Below, in pieces: positions 21,904-31,164 of a stretch of DNA of 64,000 nucleotides (its first letter is position 1; each line of letters opens with the position of its first letter). A program made the position numbers and the translations under genes. The DNA is taken from the NCBI GenBank assembly GCA_964607485.1, contig CAZSKP010000004.1, positions 64,001-128,000 of the forward strand, written 5' to 3'. The notes under the pieces are model-generated. The model did no database searches. It saw only the letters and a list, made by a program, of their open reading frames with translations, and was not told the DNA's origin. Source of the DNA: an uncultured bacterium (lineage in GTDB: Bacteria; Abyssobacteria; SURF-5).

Positions 21904-22167
21904 CTAGGTCGCACTCCAGCGCGGATCGATACCGTCCTCGACCCGTATCCCCAATGCTTTCCCTTCTGCCACGGCCTTTTGGATATCCTCCTTCGTAACG
22001 CCAGTTGCCTTGAGCTCGGGGATGATCTCGTCTAAGCATTGATCGCAACCAGCACTCGCGGCTACGCCTGCCATAGACAAGAGCGCAATCTTGTGGTCGA
22101 TAATATTTGACGCCCATCTTCCAGTCTTGTTCTTCTTACCGTTACGTTCCTCAATTTTCGTTTGCAT
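21904..22167 (-). CDS. carboxymuconolactone decarboxylase/AhpD-like protein with CxxC, possibly truncated
   Basis: IALLSMAGVAASAGCDQCL...GVTKEDIQKAV. Confidence 0.6.
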   Translation of the reverse strand: MQTKIEERNGKKNKTGRWASNIIDHKIALLSMAGVAASAGCDQCLDEIIPELKATGVTKEDIQKAVAEGKALGIRVEDGIDPRWSAT

Positions 22168-22231
22168 GATCCCGCTCCTTCCTGATGGCCGGACACTTCC
22201 TCTTATCTAAATATCTCTATTTAACGAACTA

Positions 22232-22597
22232 TTAGCCCAAAAAATTTTTCCCCCGATCCCCAGGCTCAGCGACAAATCGGTCCAGGAATCCAGCAAGCTT
22301 TGTGACTGAATTGAGGTTTATTGTGTAATATACCCACCTTCCCCGCTTATGCCGCTCTAGCAATCCTGCTGTATGGAGCTCCTTGAGATATTGCGATATA
22401 GTCGATGGCGCCATCTCAAACTGCTCGCCAAGCTTATCCACACAGCATACAGAATTTTCCTTTACGTCAAGCGCCTCGGCGCATTCTGAATAATTGGCGT
22501 ATTGCGACTGGATCTTCCGGATGGCCTGGAACATTTTGAGCCTATTCTCATTGCAAAGGGCTTTGAAGATCCTGACTAACTGTTCCTGATTCATCAT
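22232..22597 (-). CDS. ArsR/SmtB family transcriptional regulator
   Basis: FKALCNENRL, CCV..L, PSTISQYLKEL..AGLL, GRWVYY. Confidence 0.9.
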   Translation of the reverse strand: MMNQEQLVRIFKALCNENRLKMFQAIRKIQSQYANYSECAEALDVKENSVCCVDKLGEQFEMAPSTISQYLKELHTAGLLERHKRGRWVYYTINLNSVTKLAGFLDRFVAEPGDRGKNFLG

Positions 22598-22611
22598 GCT
22601 CCAACTCCGTT

Positions 22612-22670
22612 AATTCGCAATATTGCGTATTTTCGATATACATTCTATCACCCAATACAGGCTTTGTCAA
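22612..22670 (-). promoter_or_regulatory. ArsR-operon promoter and palindromic operator
   Basis: Minus-strand TTGACA-N17-TAGAAT (22670-22642); dyad AATTCGCAATATTGCGTATT at 22612-22631. Confidence 0.65.
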
Positions 22671-22849
22671 GTATTTTTTTGCACGATGCCAAAAAAATTG
22701 AGCGCCAGCAATGTAAACCTCTTCGTTTCAAATATTTACATGACATGAAGGGACTTTCCGAAGAAGAATCTTTCCTATTCCAAACCTCCTCCGATGTTTT
22801 GAGGTCATCGGCCTCGAGAGATGTCTCCCATAATTTCCCGTGGGCCAAC

Positions 22850-23002
22850 ACCCATTCAGCAACAGAAGCGGACGAGATAGATTTCTGAGAATACTTGTTA
22901 AACGCTTCACTTCTCCGGCTTTTATGAAAGTGCACATTTCACCCATCCGATTGTGCAAACGTTGCTTTCCGCTAATGCAGATAACGTTTTCGACTCTGCA
23001 CT
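22850..23002 (+). repeat. intergenic repeat family, copy G (long form)
   Basis: ACCCATTCAGCAACAGAAGCGGA..CTGAGAATA..CTTCACT..AAAGTGCACATTTCACCCATCCGATT..TGCA-GATAA-CGTTTTCGACTCTGCACT. Confidence 0.88.
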
Positions 23003-23302
23003 GAGTCTCTGGTCTTCGAAGGCTAGTTCTTCGCCTCGAGAAGGAGAGAATTCCACCGTTCCCGCCAGAAAACTTCACACCCGATTACATCCCCGATTCA
23101 TGGAAAGCCGGCTCATATGATCGGGTTTGACTTGACCCATTGTTGTGGTATGATATTCTTTCAGATTTGCCGTTAGCGACCTCGTAGCCGTGTCCCGGGA
23201 GGGGATACCATGGCGCAGGGGTTGTTATCATAGAGAAAAGGTGAAAGACAAAATTCAGGACTGGATTTCAAGCGCGCGCGTCTGCCCCGCACGCTTTTCC
23301 CC

Positions 23303-24478
23303 ATGACCCCAAAAGAACGCGTCCGTACCGCTATTGCGCACAGAGAACCTGACAGGGTTCCCGTGTTCGAACTCACCATCAACTCGCCGGCCGCCTCTGA
23401 TATCATGGGACGCCAAATGTACGTCGGCTTTGGCGGATGGCTCGTCGCCAAACAGTTCTCCGAATGGATGGCCGAGGGACGCAGCCTCGAGCTGGCGGTC
23501 AAGATATTCCAGGATACGATCAAGCTGTACGAACACCTCGAACTCGATATCTTCCCGCTGCCCACGCTTCCCCTGACCGACGAGTCGGTGGAGCCCGTGG
23601 GCGAGAACCGCTGGCGCTACACCGATCCGGCCTCCGGCTTCTGGCGCGTCATCACCTACGAGCCCGGTTCCGATTACCATGGCGAGATCGACTCGAAGAT
23701 CAAGCGGGAGGGCATGCCCGCCCTGCGGCAATACGTCGAGCACCTGGAGCAAAACCCGTCGATCGTATCGCCCGAGCTGGCCGCCGGCCTGAAGGCAGTC
23801 CTCGAGCCCGCGACCGAGCGGTTCTTCGTGCTGGGCCAGGCCGACGTGCTGCTGCCGACCGGCGAGAGCTGGTTTCCGCTGTTTCTCGAAGCGATGGCCC
23901 TCGAGCCCGAGTTGATCGAACGATACGTCGAGGTGACCACCACGTCGATGCTCGACCTGATCGACGCACAGGTCGAGGCGGGCGCCGACGGGTTCATCGG
24001 CGGCACCGATATCGCGCACCACACGAACACGATGTTCTCGCCCGCCATGTTCCGGCGCTTCATGGCACCGCAGCTCCGTCGCATAACGGAGCGGTGCCAC
24101 GCGCACGACGTACCGTTTTTCAAGCACACCGACGGCAACATCGCCGCCATCGAAGAGGACTTGCTGCTCGGCTGCGGAATCGACGGCTACCACGCGATCG
24201 AGCCGACGGCGGGCATGGACATCGCACGGCTCAAGAAGACGTATGGCGATAAGCTCACGCTGCTCGGCAACATCGACTGCGGTTCCCTGCTGACCGAGGG
24301 GCCGCCCGGGCGGATCGTCGATGCCGTGCGCCGATGCATACGCGATGCCGCGCCAGGCGGCGGATATGTGCTCAGCTCGAGCAACTCGATCCACAGCGGC
24401 GTGCCGACCGAGCACTTCCTCACGATGCTGCGGGCCGCGCGCGAGTATGGGACATATTCGATCGGAGCCGTGTCGTGA
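23303..24478 (+). CDS. uroporphyrinogen decarboxylase (URO-D/MtaA-CmuA) family protein
   Basis: MTPKERV..EPDRVP, FSPAMFRRF, HTDGN, LLGNIDC, GGGYVLSSSNSIH; visibly more GC-rich than neighbours. Confidence 0.88.
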   Translation: MTPKERVRTAIAHREPDRVPVFELTINSPAASDIMGRQMYVGFGGWLVAKQFSEWMAEGRSLELAVKIFQDTIKLYEHLELDIFPLPTLPLTDESVEPVGENRWRYTDPASGFWRVITYEPGSDYHGEIDSKIKREGMPALRQYVEHLEQNPSIVSPELAAGLKAVLEPATERFFVLGQADVLLPTGESWFPLFLEAMALEPELIERYVEVTTTSMLDLIDAQVEAGADGFIGGTDIAHHTNTMFSPAMFRRFMAPQLRRITERCHAHDVPFFKHTDGNIAAIEEDLLLGCGIDGYHAIEPTAGMDIARLKKTYGDKLTLLGNIDCGSLLTEGPPGRIVDAVRRCIRDAAPGGGYVLSSSNSIHSGVPTEHFLTMLRAAREYGTYSIGAVS

Positions 24479-24542
24479 GCGATCTCGGGAGAAATTGCGA
24501 AAAACATAACTCTGTTTATCCATCTGTGGAGTTGGGAAAGAA

Positions 24543-25868
24543 ATGGAAAAGCTCGGCATGAATGAAAAGTCCCCGGCAGTGAAGCCCGGCAACAAGATGT
24601 TGAGGCTGGCCGCTGTAATTCTTCTTGTCCTCTTCGGATTTGTCCTGTTGATACTTGTCAAGACAAATCCGGGAAAGATGTGGAAGATATATACATTCTT
24701 TGACGAAGGCAAGAGGATCGAGAATTTCCGCCACTTAGAGCAAATCATGCCTGCCAAGAGGATAAGACGGTCGGGGTCGAAACACGAATTCGCGCGAAAT
24801 ATCCGCGAGCTCAACAAGACATATGAATTCAGGGGCGAGACCAGGAGTGTGGGCGGGTTCCTCGATCGAACCGTGACCACGGGATTTCTTGTCGTCAAGG
24901 ATGACGAGATCGTGACCGAAAAATATTTTCTCGGTGCGACTGAAGAGACGATGTTCACTTCGATGTCTGTGGCGAAATCGTTCGTGTCGGCGCTTGTCGG
25001 AATAGCGATCGATGAGGGATTTATCAAGGACGTCGATGATTCCATAACCGATTACGTCACCACCCTGAGAGGCTCAGGATACGACGGTGTTCCCATCAAG
25101 CATGTCCTTCAGATGTCATCCGGCGTGAAGTTCAACGAGGTATACGATGACCTGTTTTCGGACATCAACCTGCTCTTCTATAAAGTGTTCGGGTTGGGCC
25201 AGCCTATGGATGACTATATGGCAGGCCTCGGTGCCGAAAGTCCATCCGGCGAAACCAGTTATTACAGGAGCTGCGACACACAGGCGCTTGGCATGCTGAT
25301 CTCGGCGGCAACCGGGAAGTCGGTCTCAGAATACCTCGAGGAAAAAATCTGGGGCAGAATCGGAATGGAACATGATGCATTCTGGTCCACAGACGATCAT
25401 GGAACGGAGATAGCCTTCGGATTCCTGAACGCGGCGCTCCGCGATTATGCGAAATTCGGCACGCTGTACTTACACGGTGGAAGCTATAATGGCGAACAGA
25501 TCGTTTCCAAGGAATGGGTATCGGAATCCGTCACGCCGGATAATCCTCACCTTCAGCCGGGAGAAAAACCCAAAGGATACGAGACTTTCGGCAATTTCGG
25601 ATACCAGTACCAGTGGTGGATCCCAGACAATCCTGACGGTGAGTATTTGGCGATCGGAGTCTGGGGGCAATACATATATGTCTATCCGAAAGAAAACCTT
25701 GTTATTGTCAAAACGAGCGTCGATCCAGATTTCGAAGCGAACAATTATGAGCATGATGATGAAACTGTGACGCTCTGCCGCTCGATTGCGGCATTTCTCC
25801 GTGAGAATCACGCGGCAAACGACATGGAGCAAGCGAACCTGTCGGTCCCAACAAACGAATCGGAATAA
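24543..25868 (+). CDS. serine hydrolase, beta-lactamase-like family, membrane-anchored
   Basis: N-terminal TM, SVAK (SxxK), YRS, GYQYQWW, AIGVWGQ. Confidence 0.88.
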   Translation: MEKLGMNEKSPAVKPGNKMLRLAAVILLVLFGFVLLILVKTNPGKMWKIYTFFDEGKRIENFRHLEQIMPAKRIRRSGSKHEFARNIRELNKTYEFRGETRSVGGFLDRTVTTGFLVVKDDEIVTEKYFLGATEETMFTSMSVAKSFVSALVGIAIDEGFIKDVDDSITDYVTTLRGSGYDGVPIKHVLQMSSGVKFNEVYDDLFSDINLLFYKVFGLGQPMDDYMAGLGAESPSGETSYYRSCDTQALGMLISAATGKSVSEYLEEKIWGRIGMEHDAFWSTDDHGTEIAFGFLNAALRDYAKFGTLYLHGGSYNGEQIVSKEWVSESVTPDNPHLQPGEKPKGYETFGNFGYQYQWWIPDNPDGEYLAIGVWGQYIYVYPKENLVIVKTSVDPDFEANNYEHDDETVTLCRSIAAFLRENHAANDMEQANLSVPTNESE

Positions 25869-25896
25869 ATGGAACCACTGCCTTCCATCCGCCACT

Positions 25897-26046
25897 ACCC
25901 ATTCAGCAATATAAGCGGAAGAAATAGTATCTGAGAATATTGTTGAAAGTGTGACTTTTTTTGCCTCTCTGAAAGTGTGACTTTCACCCATCCCATCGTT
26001 CAAATATCACTCTCAGCCAGTGAAGTTTGCGTTTTCACCTCCGCGT
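25897..26046 (+). repeat. intergenic repeat family, copy H (long form)
   Basis: ACCCATTCAGCAATATAAGCGGA..CTGAGAATA..TTTCACCCATCCCATCGTTCAAATATCACTCTCAGCCAGTGAA-GTTTG-CGTTTTCA. Confidence 0.88.
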
Positions 26047-26071
26047 GAACATATTCCCGGCCAAGCACCTG

Positions 26072-26295
26072 CTATCCATGCAGCGTTCGATCAGGGCTTT
26101 GGTATTGAATCGCTCCGGAGATGTGTTCGGCGCGGATGGTGTCGCTCTCGGCCAAGTCGGCGAAGGCGCGGACGACATTGAGGATGCGGTCGAGCAGCGG
26201 GCCGGAGATCTGCCGAGATACCGCTGCACCTGCCACGGCTGGCACGTGCATTCTTTTCTCGGATCGTCCAAATGTCCACAAAGGCAGCCATGTAG
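26072..26295 (-). pseudogene. comM: inverted, internally deleted 3' fragment of comM/YifB
   Basis: [26 protein letters not shown] (1-nt deletion) SGPLLDR fused to ILNVVRAFADLAESDTIRAEHISGAIQY; 42 nt identical to the intact gene. Confidence 0.9.
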
Positions 26296-26665
26296 GACGT
26301 TTGTGTCGAAAATGGTGCCTATCCAATCCAATTTCCTCTCTCGCTGAGGGTATTCTACCCTTTCAAAGCTTTCCTTGTCACTAGTCGCAAAAGCCGTCCC
26401 CTGGGCTCTACAAATCGTGAAGATTTTTGATTAAACTCTTCAAGTTCGCCCGTCTGCCATGCCTCGCAAATTGGAGTGAATACGGCACTTACGGCGACGG
26501 TGAAGAATACCCGCTTTCCGAAATCAGACCTTCAAAATCATCCGTCTGGTTTGCCTCAGGAGGAGGCAAAATTCGGCAACTCTTTGTTTTGGCTGTCCTT
26601 ACGTGGTGGTCAGTACGGTTATTCTATGATATAATTCTGTTCGCTTGAAGGAGGTGGTAAACAAC

Positions 26666-27916
26666 ATGAAAACAAGGGTCTTTTCAATATTATGTGCCGT
26701 CATAATCCTTTCCGTCCTTGTCTCTACAGTATCTGCCGATTTGATCGAACTCAAGAGTGGGAAAATTGTGGAGGGAACGGTCGTTGAAGAAACCGAACAA
26801 TTCATCGCAATCGAAACAGATGCTGGGACATCCTTTATTAAGATGGAGGAGGTCAAGTCCGTAACCAAGACCCAACTGGATCTTGCGACAGGTAATGTCG
26901 CCGAGGTTACGGGAGCCGTGAATGTGCTTCCAAGAGGGAAAGAGCAATGGATACCGGCGGAAAAGGGAATGGTCCTGAACGAGGGAGACTCGATTCGAAC
27001 CGGCCCCGATTCGAATGCGATTGCCGTTCTAGAAAATCAGGTGATCATGGCCGTTGAGCCGGAGAGCACTTTAGGTCTTGATAGATTGCGGCAATCTCCG
27101 AAGAAGGAAATAGACATAAAGGTACGACTTGACAGCGGTCAGATATGGAACGACGTGGGCAGGTTAAAGACAAAAGACTCCAGATTTTACGTAACCACCC
27201 CTGCAGCAGTCACGGGAGTTCGCGGGACGGTCTTTACTGTTCAAACGGTTCCTGAGAAGAAGACGACTGTCGCAGTCGTCGATGGAGGGGTGGACGTACG
27301 CACGCGCAACATGGAAATGGAGCCGGTTCGGGTCAAGAAAAATCGCATGACCGAGGTCGCTCCAAACAAACCGCCCACGGCGCCAACGGCTATCTCCGCC
27401 GGTTTCCTGGCGCAATGGGCCATATATCAAGCAAAATTCGGCCTCCTCAGGAGTGGGATGGGCGCTGGCTTCCATGTATCGCCGGGCCAAGCCACCGTGG
27501 CAGGCGGCGTGGCCGCTGGTGCTGCAGTGGCCGCGGCTGTTGGCGGCGGTGGAGGTGGTGGAGGAGGCGCAACGGGCGTTATTGAAACGGCGAGCGAAAC
27601 CGGCAACTACGCTCCCGCTCCAGTAGACAGAGACATCGACGGCAGTTCCGCCATAGGGAGCCGCCAGGTAACAAGAGTGGATGTGAGGGTCTTATGTGAT
27701 CCTTTCACTGTTCCCGACCAATTCCAAATCTTGTACATGGGCAATGTAATTGGCGATACCGGGTTTGTGGGAGAGGATTCGGGCGATCCAGGAGAGGACA
27801 TAGTGCTGACCGGGAGTGCAGACGGTTCCTCCCCGATTGTCACCATCCGCGTCATAACGGGCCCGCTCGGAACAGATTGGCACTGGGATGCCAGAGTGAC
27901 ATATCATGTGGAGTAA
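26666..27916 (+). CDS. FecR-domain secreted/membrane protein
   Basis: Signal peptide, GDSIRTG, VTTPAAVTGVRGTVF, VAVVDGGV; Gly/Ala-rich segment; AAGGAGGT RBS. Confidence 0.8.
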   Translation: MKTRVFSILCAVIILSVLVSTVSADLIELKSGKIVEGTVVEETEQFIAIETDAGTSFIKMEEVKSVTKTQLDLATGNVAEVTGAVNVLPRGKEQWIPAEKGMVLNEGDSIRTGPDSNAIAVLENQVIMAVEPESTLGLDRLRQSPKKEIDIKVRLDSGQIWNDVGRLKTKDSRFYVTTPAAVTGVRGTVFTVQTVPEKKTTVAVVDGGVDVRTRNMEMEPVRVKKNRMTEVAPNKPPTAPTAISAGFLAQWAIYQAKFGLLRSGMGAGFHVSPGQATVAGGVAAGAAVAAAVGGGGGGGGGATGVIETASETGNYAPAPVDRDIDGSSAIGSRQVTRVDVRVLCDPFTVPDQFQILYMGNVIGDTGFVGEDSGDPGEDIVLTGSADGSSPIVTIRVITGPLGTDWHWDARVTYHVE

Positions 27917-28051
27917 ATCGGGAATCCGCCGGATTTGCCCGTGGGCTTTCGTCTCAAGCTTCCCCCATAGTCCGGGGAAGAGGTTTCGAAGCATTTGCCG
28001 AGGTCTTGCAGCGTAACGGCAAGCTGCGTGGCTCCTTTTAAGGAAGAAGAG

Positions 28052-29635
28052 ATGAATCCACTGCGTTTCTTGTCCGTCCTGACTGCGGTTCTCTCATTGT
28101 TTTCATTGGCCGCGCAGGCCGGGATTGAGACAACCGCGAGGGAAAAGGCGGTCGACGTTGGAGAGTTTGACTCGTGGACGGAAAGCGACCAAATGGTCCA
28201 TTCATCGGCATCTTCTGCACAAGATAGTCCTCTGCCCCAAACAAATCAGCCTTCTGCAGTCGCCGTTTCGGAAGAGCAGGAATCAAAACATCAGAACGCC
28301 GTCCCCCCTCAACCGGCCGTTCAGCCGCTGACACTGGAGGAAGCAATAAACTTGGCCCTGGAAGCAAACCGGAACATCCTGGACGCAAGAGACGGGGTAG
28401 AGAGTGCCCGACTTTCAATAGTTTCTGCAGAATCAGACTTTGAACTCAAATTCTTTCCGGTCGGTGAGGCCGGGTTTACGGACGGCAGCGACGAGGATGC
28501 CGAAGAGAGTTTCGGAGCCGGGGTTGGAATCCAGAAGAGATTGCCTGTTGGAACTCTGGTAACGCTCGAACCGAACGTGCAAAAGACTGCCGGCACGTAT
28601 CAGACGCGTGTGGATGCGAGCTTATTCCAGCCACTCCTGAGAGGGCTGAACCGTGAATTCAATCTATCGGGAGTACACGGAGCCGAGTTCGGTGCGCGGT
28701 CGGCCCGACGTTCTCTCTATCTGACTCGCGTCAGTACGGTGACGTCGACGGTCCGGGCTGTGTATGGAGTTATTCGCCAGCGCGAACTGATGCGCGTAAA
28801 TGATGAGTCTGTCTCACGACTGAAGCATCACGCAGAGGCGGCGAGGGTGAAAGAGAAGTTCGGGCTTGCTACCCCAATCGACGTGTATCGCGCCGAAATC
28901 GAACTGAAACGGTCTGAAGATAACCTTACCAGCGCCCGCGAAGCATATGAGGACGCAATGGACATCCTGAAAGTGATCCTCGCTTTTCCCCTGGAAGGCG
29001 ATATCGATGTGTCCGCCCCCCTGAAATACAGTATCGTTCACATGGATGAAAAAGAGGCAACGGAAACGGCGCTCAACAACCGGGTTGAGCTAAAACAGGC
29101 GTGGGACGCAGTGAAAGAGGCCGAACGGCGGTCCAGAGTGGCAAAACACAGCATTCTTCCAGACCTTAACGTGACTTTGAGTCTTGCTCCCTTCGGCAGC
29201 AGCAGCGACTTCGGCGCAGAATTGGATGAATATACTTGGGGCGTCAGTCTGTCGAGCAGCACGGATATCAGGCGAACGGCGGAGCGAGCGGCATATGGGC
29301 AAAGTGTTCTGGACGTCGATGCCGCGTACAGAAATGTGAGTCTATTGCGGGATGAAGTGATTCGCGAGACGAAAAGCGCATTACGGACCCTCAGAGAAGC
29401 TGAACAGAGGATCGAAATACAGAAGGAACAAATTAAGAATGCTGAGGGCAAACTCAGACTTGCCCAAGTGAAATTCAAACACGGCATGGCAAACAACTTC
29501 GACTTAATAGAGGCTGAGGAACAGTTGCGGCAAGCTGAGACAAATATAATCTCCGTAGTAATTGACTACATAACGGGAGGCTACGATCTCAGAGCAGCAA
29601 TGGGAACGCTTCTGGAACAACCGGCGGGGTTATGA
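28052..29635 (+). CDS. TolC family outer-membrane efflux protein
   Basis: LTLEEAINLALEAN, QPLLRG, two OEP-type helical repeats. Confidence 0.85.
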   Translation: MNPLRFLSVLTAVLSLFSLAAQAGIETTAREKAVDVGEFDSWTESDQMVHSSASSAQDSPLPQTNQPSAVAVSEEQESKHQNAVPPQPAVQPLTLEEAINLALEANRNILDARDGVESARLSIVSAESDFELKFFPVGEAGFTDGSDEDAEESFGAGVGIQKRLPVGTLVTLEPNVQKTAGTYQTRVDASLFQPLLRGLNREFNLSGVHGAEFGARSARRSLYLTRVSTVTSTVRAVYGVIRQRELMRVNDESVSRLKHHAEAARVKEKFGLATPIDVYRAEIELKRSEDNLTSAREAYEDAMDILKVILAFPLEGDIDVSAPLKYSIVHMDEKEATETALNNRVELKQAWDAVKEAERRSRVAKHSILPDLNVTLSLAPFGSSSDFGAELDEYTWGVSLSSSTDIRRTAERAAYGQSVLDVDAAYRNVSLLRDEVIRETKSALRTLREAEQRIEIQKEQIKNAEGKLRLAQVKFKHGMANNFDLIEAEEQLRQAETNIISVVIDYITGGYDLRAAMGTLLEQPAGL

Positions 29636-31164
29636 CAATGACCAATAAGCGAAAACTGATATCGCTCATCGCCGCTGCTGCAACGCCAACGATAGTGGCG
29701 CCGGTTCTAGTGTTCATGTTGGCCGGCGTCAAATCAAACGGGGACCTTTCGCGCACTGATGGGATGATAACTGAGACAGTCAGGAAGAGCTCATTCGATG
29801 TCAGAGTTCAGCTGGTGGGTCATCTTGAGGCCGCGCGCTCCACAACCGTCTCTTCCGAGGTAAAAGGAGATGCAGGGAAGATCATCCATCTCATTGAGAA
29901 CGGCAAACAGGTCGAAGAGGGTGATGTTCTGGTGCGATTGGATCCCACCCCATTCGAGGATGAGGTGACCGAGTGCTCTTCAAAAGTGGAGGCGTGCAAG
30001 GCCAAGGTCATGGCACTTCGACAGGCTCTCGACTGGGAAAAGAATCAGGCCGAGCGAGAGGTAAGCGCAGCGGAGTATGAGCTGGAAGTCTCGAAAATGG
30101 AGCTTGAGAAGATCGAGAAAGGCGAAGGACCTCTGGAACTGGCCCAACTCGAGAATGACATGCGAAAGGCAAAGGACGACTATACTCAGAAGTCGGGCTA
30201 TCTTTCAGACTTGGAGGAACTGGAGAAACAGGGTTTCAGCAGTCCCGCCGAGGTGGAACAGGCTAAGAGGAAGATAGAAGAAGCAAAGGAGGTGTATGAG
30301 ATAGCGGTAAGGAAGCTCAATGCTTTTAAAGAATACCTGCTTCCGGCGAAGATTGAAATGGCCAGAGCCAAAGTCGAAAGAGCCGAGTCGGATTTGGAAC
30401 AAGCAAAGAAATCAGCCGAGATCAGCATTGCGAAAGCATCTGCTGAGTTGGATCAGAGCGAGCAGGAGTTGAGAGCAGCCGAAACCTCACTGGCTGTCGC
30501 GAAGGAGCAGCTTTCAAAGACGGTGGTTAGAGCACCGATACGGGGTCTGGCCGTAGTACGCGAAGTCTACGTAAAAGGGGAAAAGAGGAAAATACAAGTG
30601 GGCGACGCAGTATGGCGAAACCAACCCCTGCTCTACCTGCCGGATATATCTGAGATGTTGGTAAACGCAGAAGTCAGGGAGATAGATCTCCATAAGCTGA
30701 GAAAAGGCCTTCAAGCAACGGTTTCTGTCGATGCTTATCCAGAAACTCGATTCGAGGGCGCCGTTCGCTCCATTGGAGTGCTGGCGGAGAAGAAGACGGA
30801 GGTCAAGAGCCCCGAAAAATATTTCCAGGTGACAATTGCAATTCTTGGACACGATGAGCGGTTGCGTCCGGGGATGACCGCAAAAGTGGACATCTATTCC
30901 GGTGGGGTAACGGATGCGCTGGTTGTTCCGTTGCACGCAATATTTGAGCAGGAAGGACGGAAATGCTGCTATGTGGCCGTCGGAGACAGATACGAATTGA
31001 GAGAGGTGCTGTTAGGCATTCAGAATGAGGATTTCGCAGAGGTCGAGGACGGCCTGACTGAGGGCGAGAAGGTCTGCCTCGTTGAACCACCGTCGAGCCT
31101 GGTTCAAACCCGGAAATTTCTGCGGAGAGAAGATGGGCTCACCCAGCAGAGCGGTCGACCGTGA
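29632..31164 (+). CDS. efflux periplasmic adaptor subunit (MacA-like)
   Basis: G..VEEGDVLVRLD, long coiled coil, VRAPIRG, VDAYP, LRPGMTA. Confidence 0.88.
   Translation: MTMTNKRKLISLIAAAATPTIVAPVLVFMLAGVKSNGDLSRTDGMITETVRKSSFDVRVQLVGHLEAARSTTVSSEVKGDAGKIIHLIENGKQVEEGDVLVRLDPTPFEDEVTECSSKVEACKAKVMALRQALDWEKNQAEREVSAAEYELEVSKMELEKIEKGEGPLELAQLENDMRKAKDDYTQKSGYLSDLEELEKQGFSSPAEVEQAKRKIEEAKEVYEIAVRKLNAFKEYLLPAKIEMARAKVERAESDLEQAKKSAEISIAKASAELDQSEQELRAAETSLAVAKEQLSKTVVRAPIRGLAVVREVYVKGEKRKIQVGDAVWRNQPLLYLPDISEMLVNAEVREIDLHKLRKGLQATVSVDAYPETRFEGAVRSIGVLAEKKTEVKSPEKYFQVTIAILGHDERLRPGMTAKVDIYSGGVTDALVVPLHAIFEQEGRKCCYVAVGDRYELREVLLGIQNEDFAEVEDGLTEGEKVCLVEPPSSLVQTRKFLRREDGLTQQSGRP

Noticed and set aside
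22711-22741. ATGTAAA-N17-TTTACAT dyad with an IHF-like TTTCAAATATTTA
   Set aside because: Single occurrence, imperfect consensus, no function assignable.
23255-25045. Long antisense ORFs (e.g. 23255-25045, 759-1952, 53085-54176, 38346-39353)
   Set aside because: They are shadows of well-supported GC-rich genes on the opposite strand and show no motifs.
24543-25868. Serine hydrolase as a true beta-lactamase
   Set aside because: SxxK is present, but the other motifs fit the broader esterase/amidase branch; resistance cannot be claimed.
22826-26046. Repeat as the relic of a protein-coding gene (minus-strand ISSA.(V/I)AEWV.A.G..W in copies G and H; plus-strand TFHPSD..IALREC..RF.FCT)
   Set aside because: Stops occur in several copies, G and H differ by a non-triplet indel, and core changes are not third-position biased. 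Not fully excluded for the left extension; a translated search would settle it.
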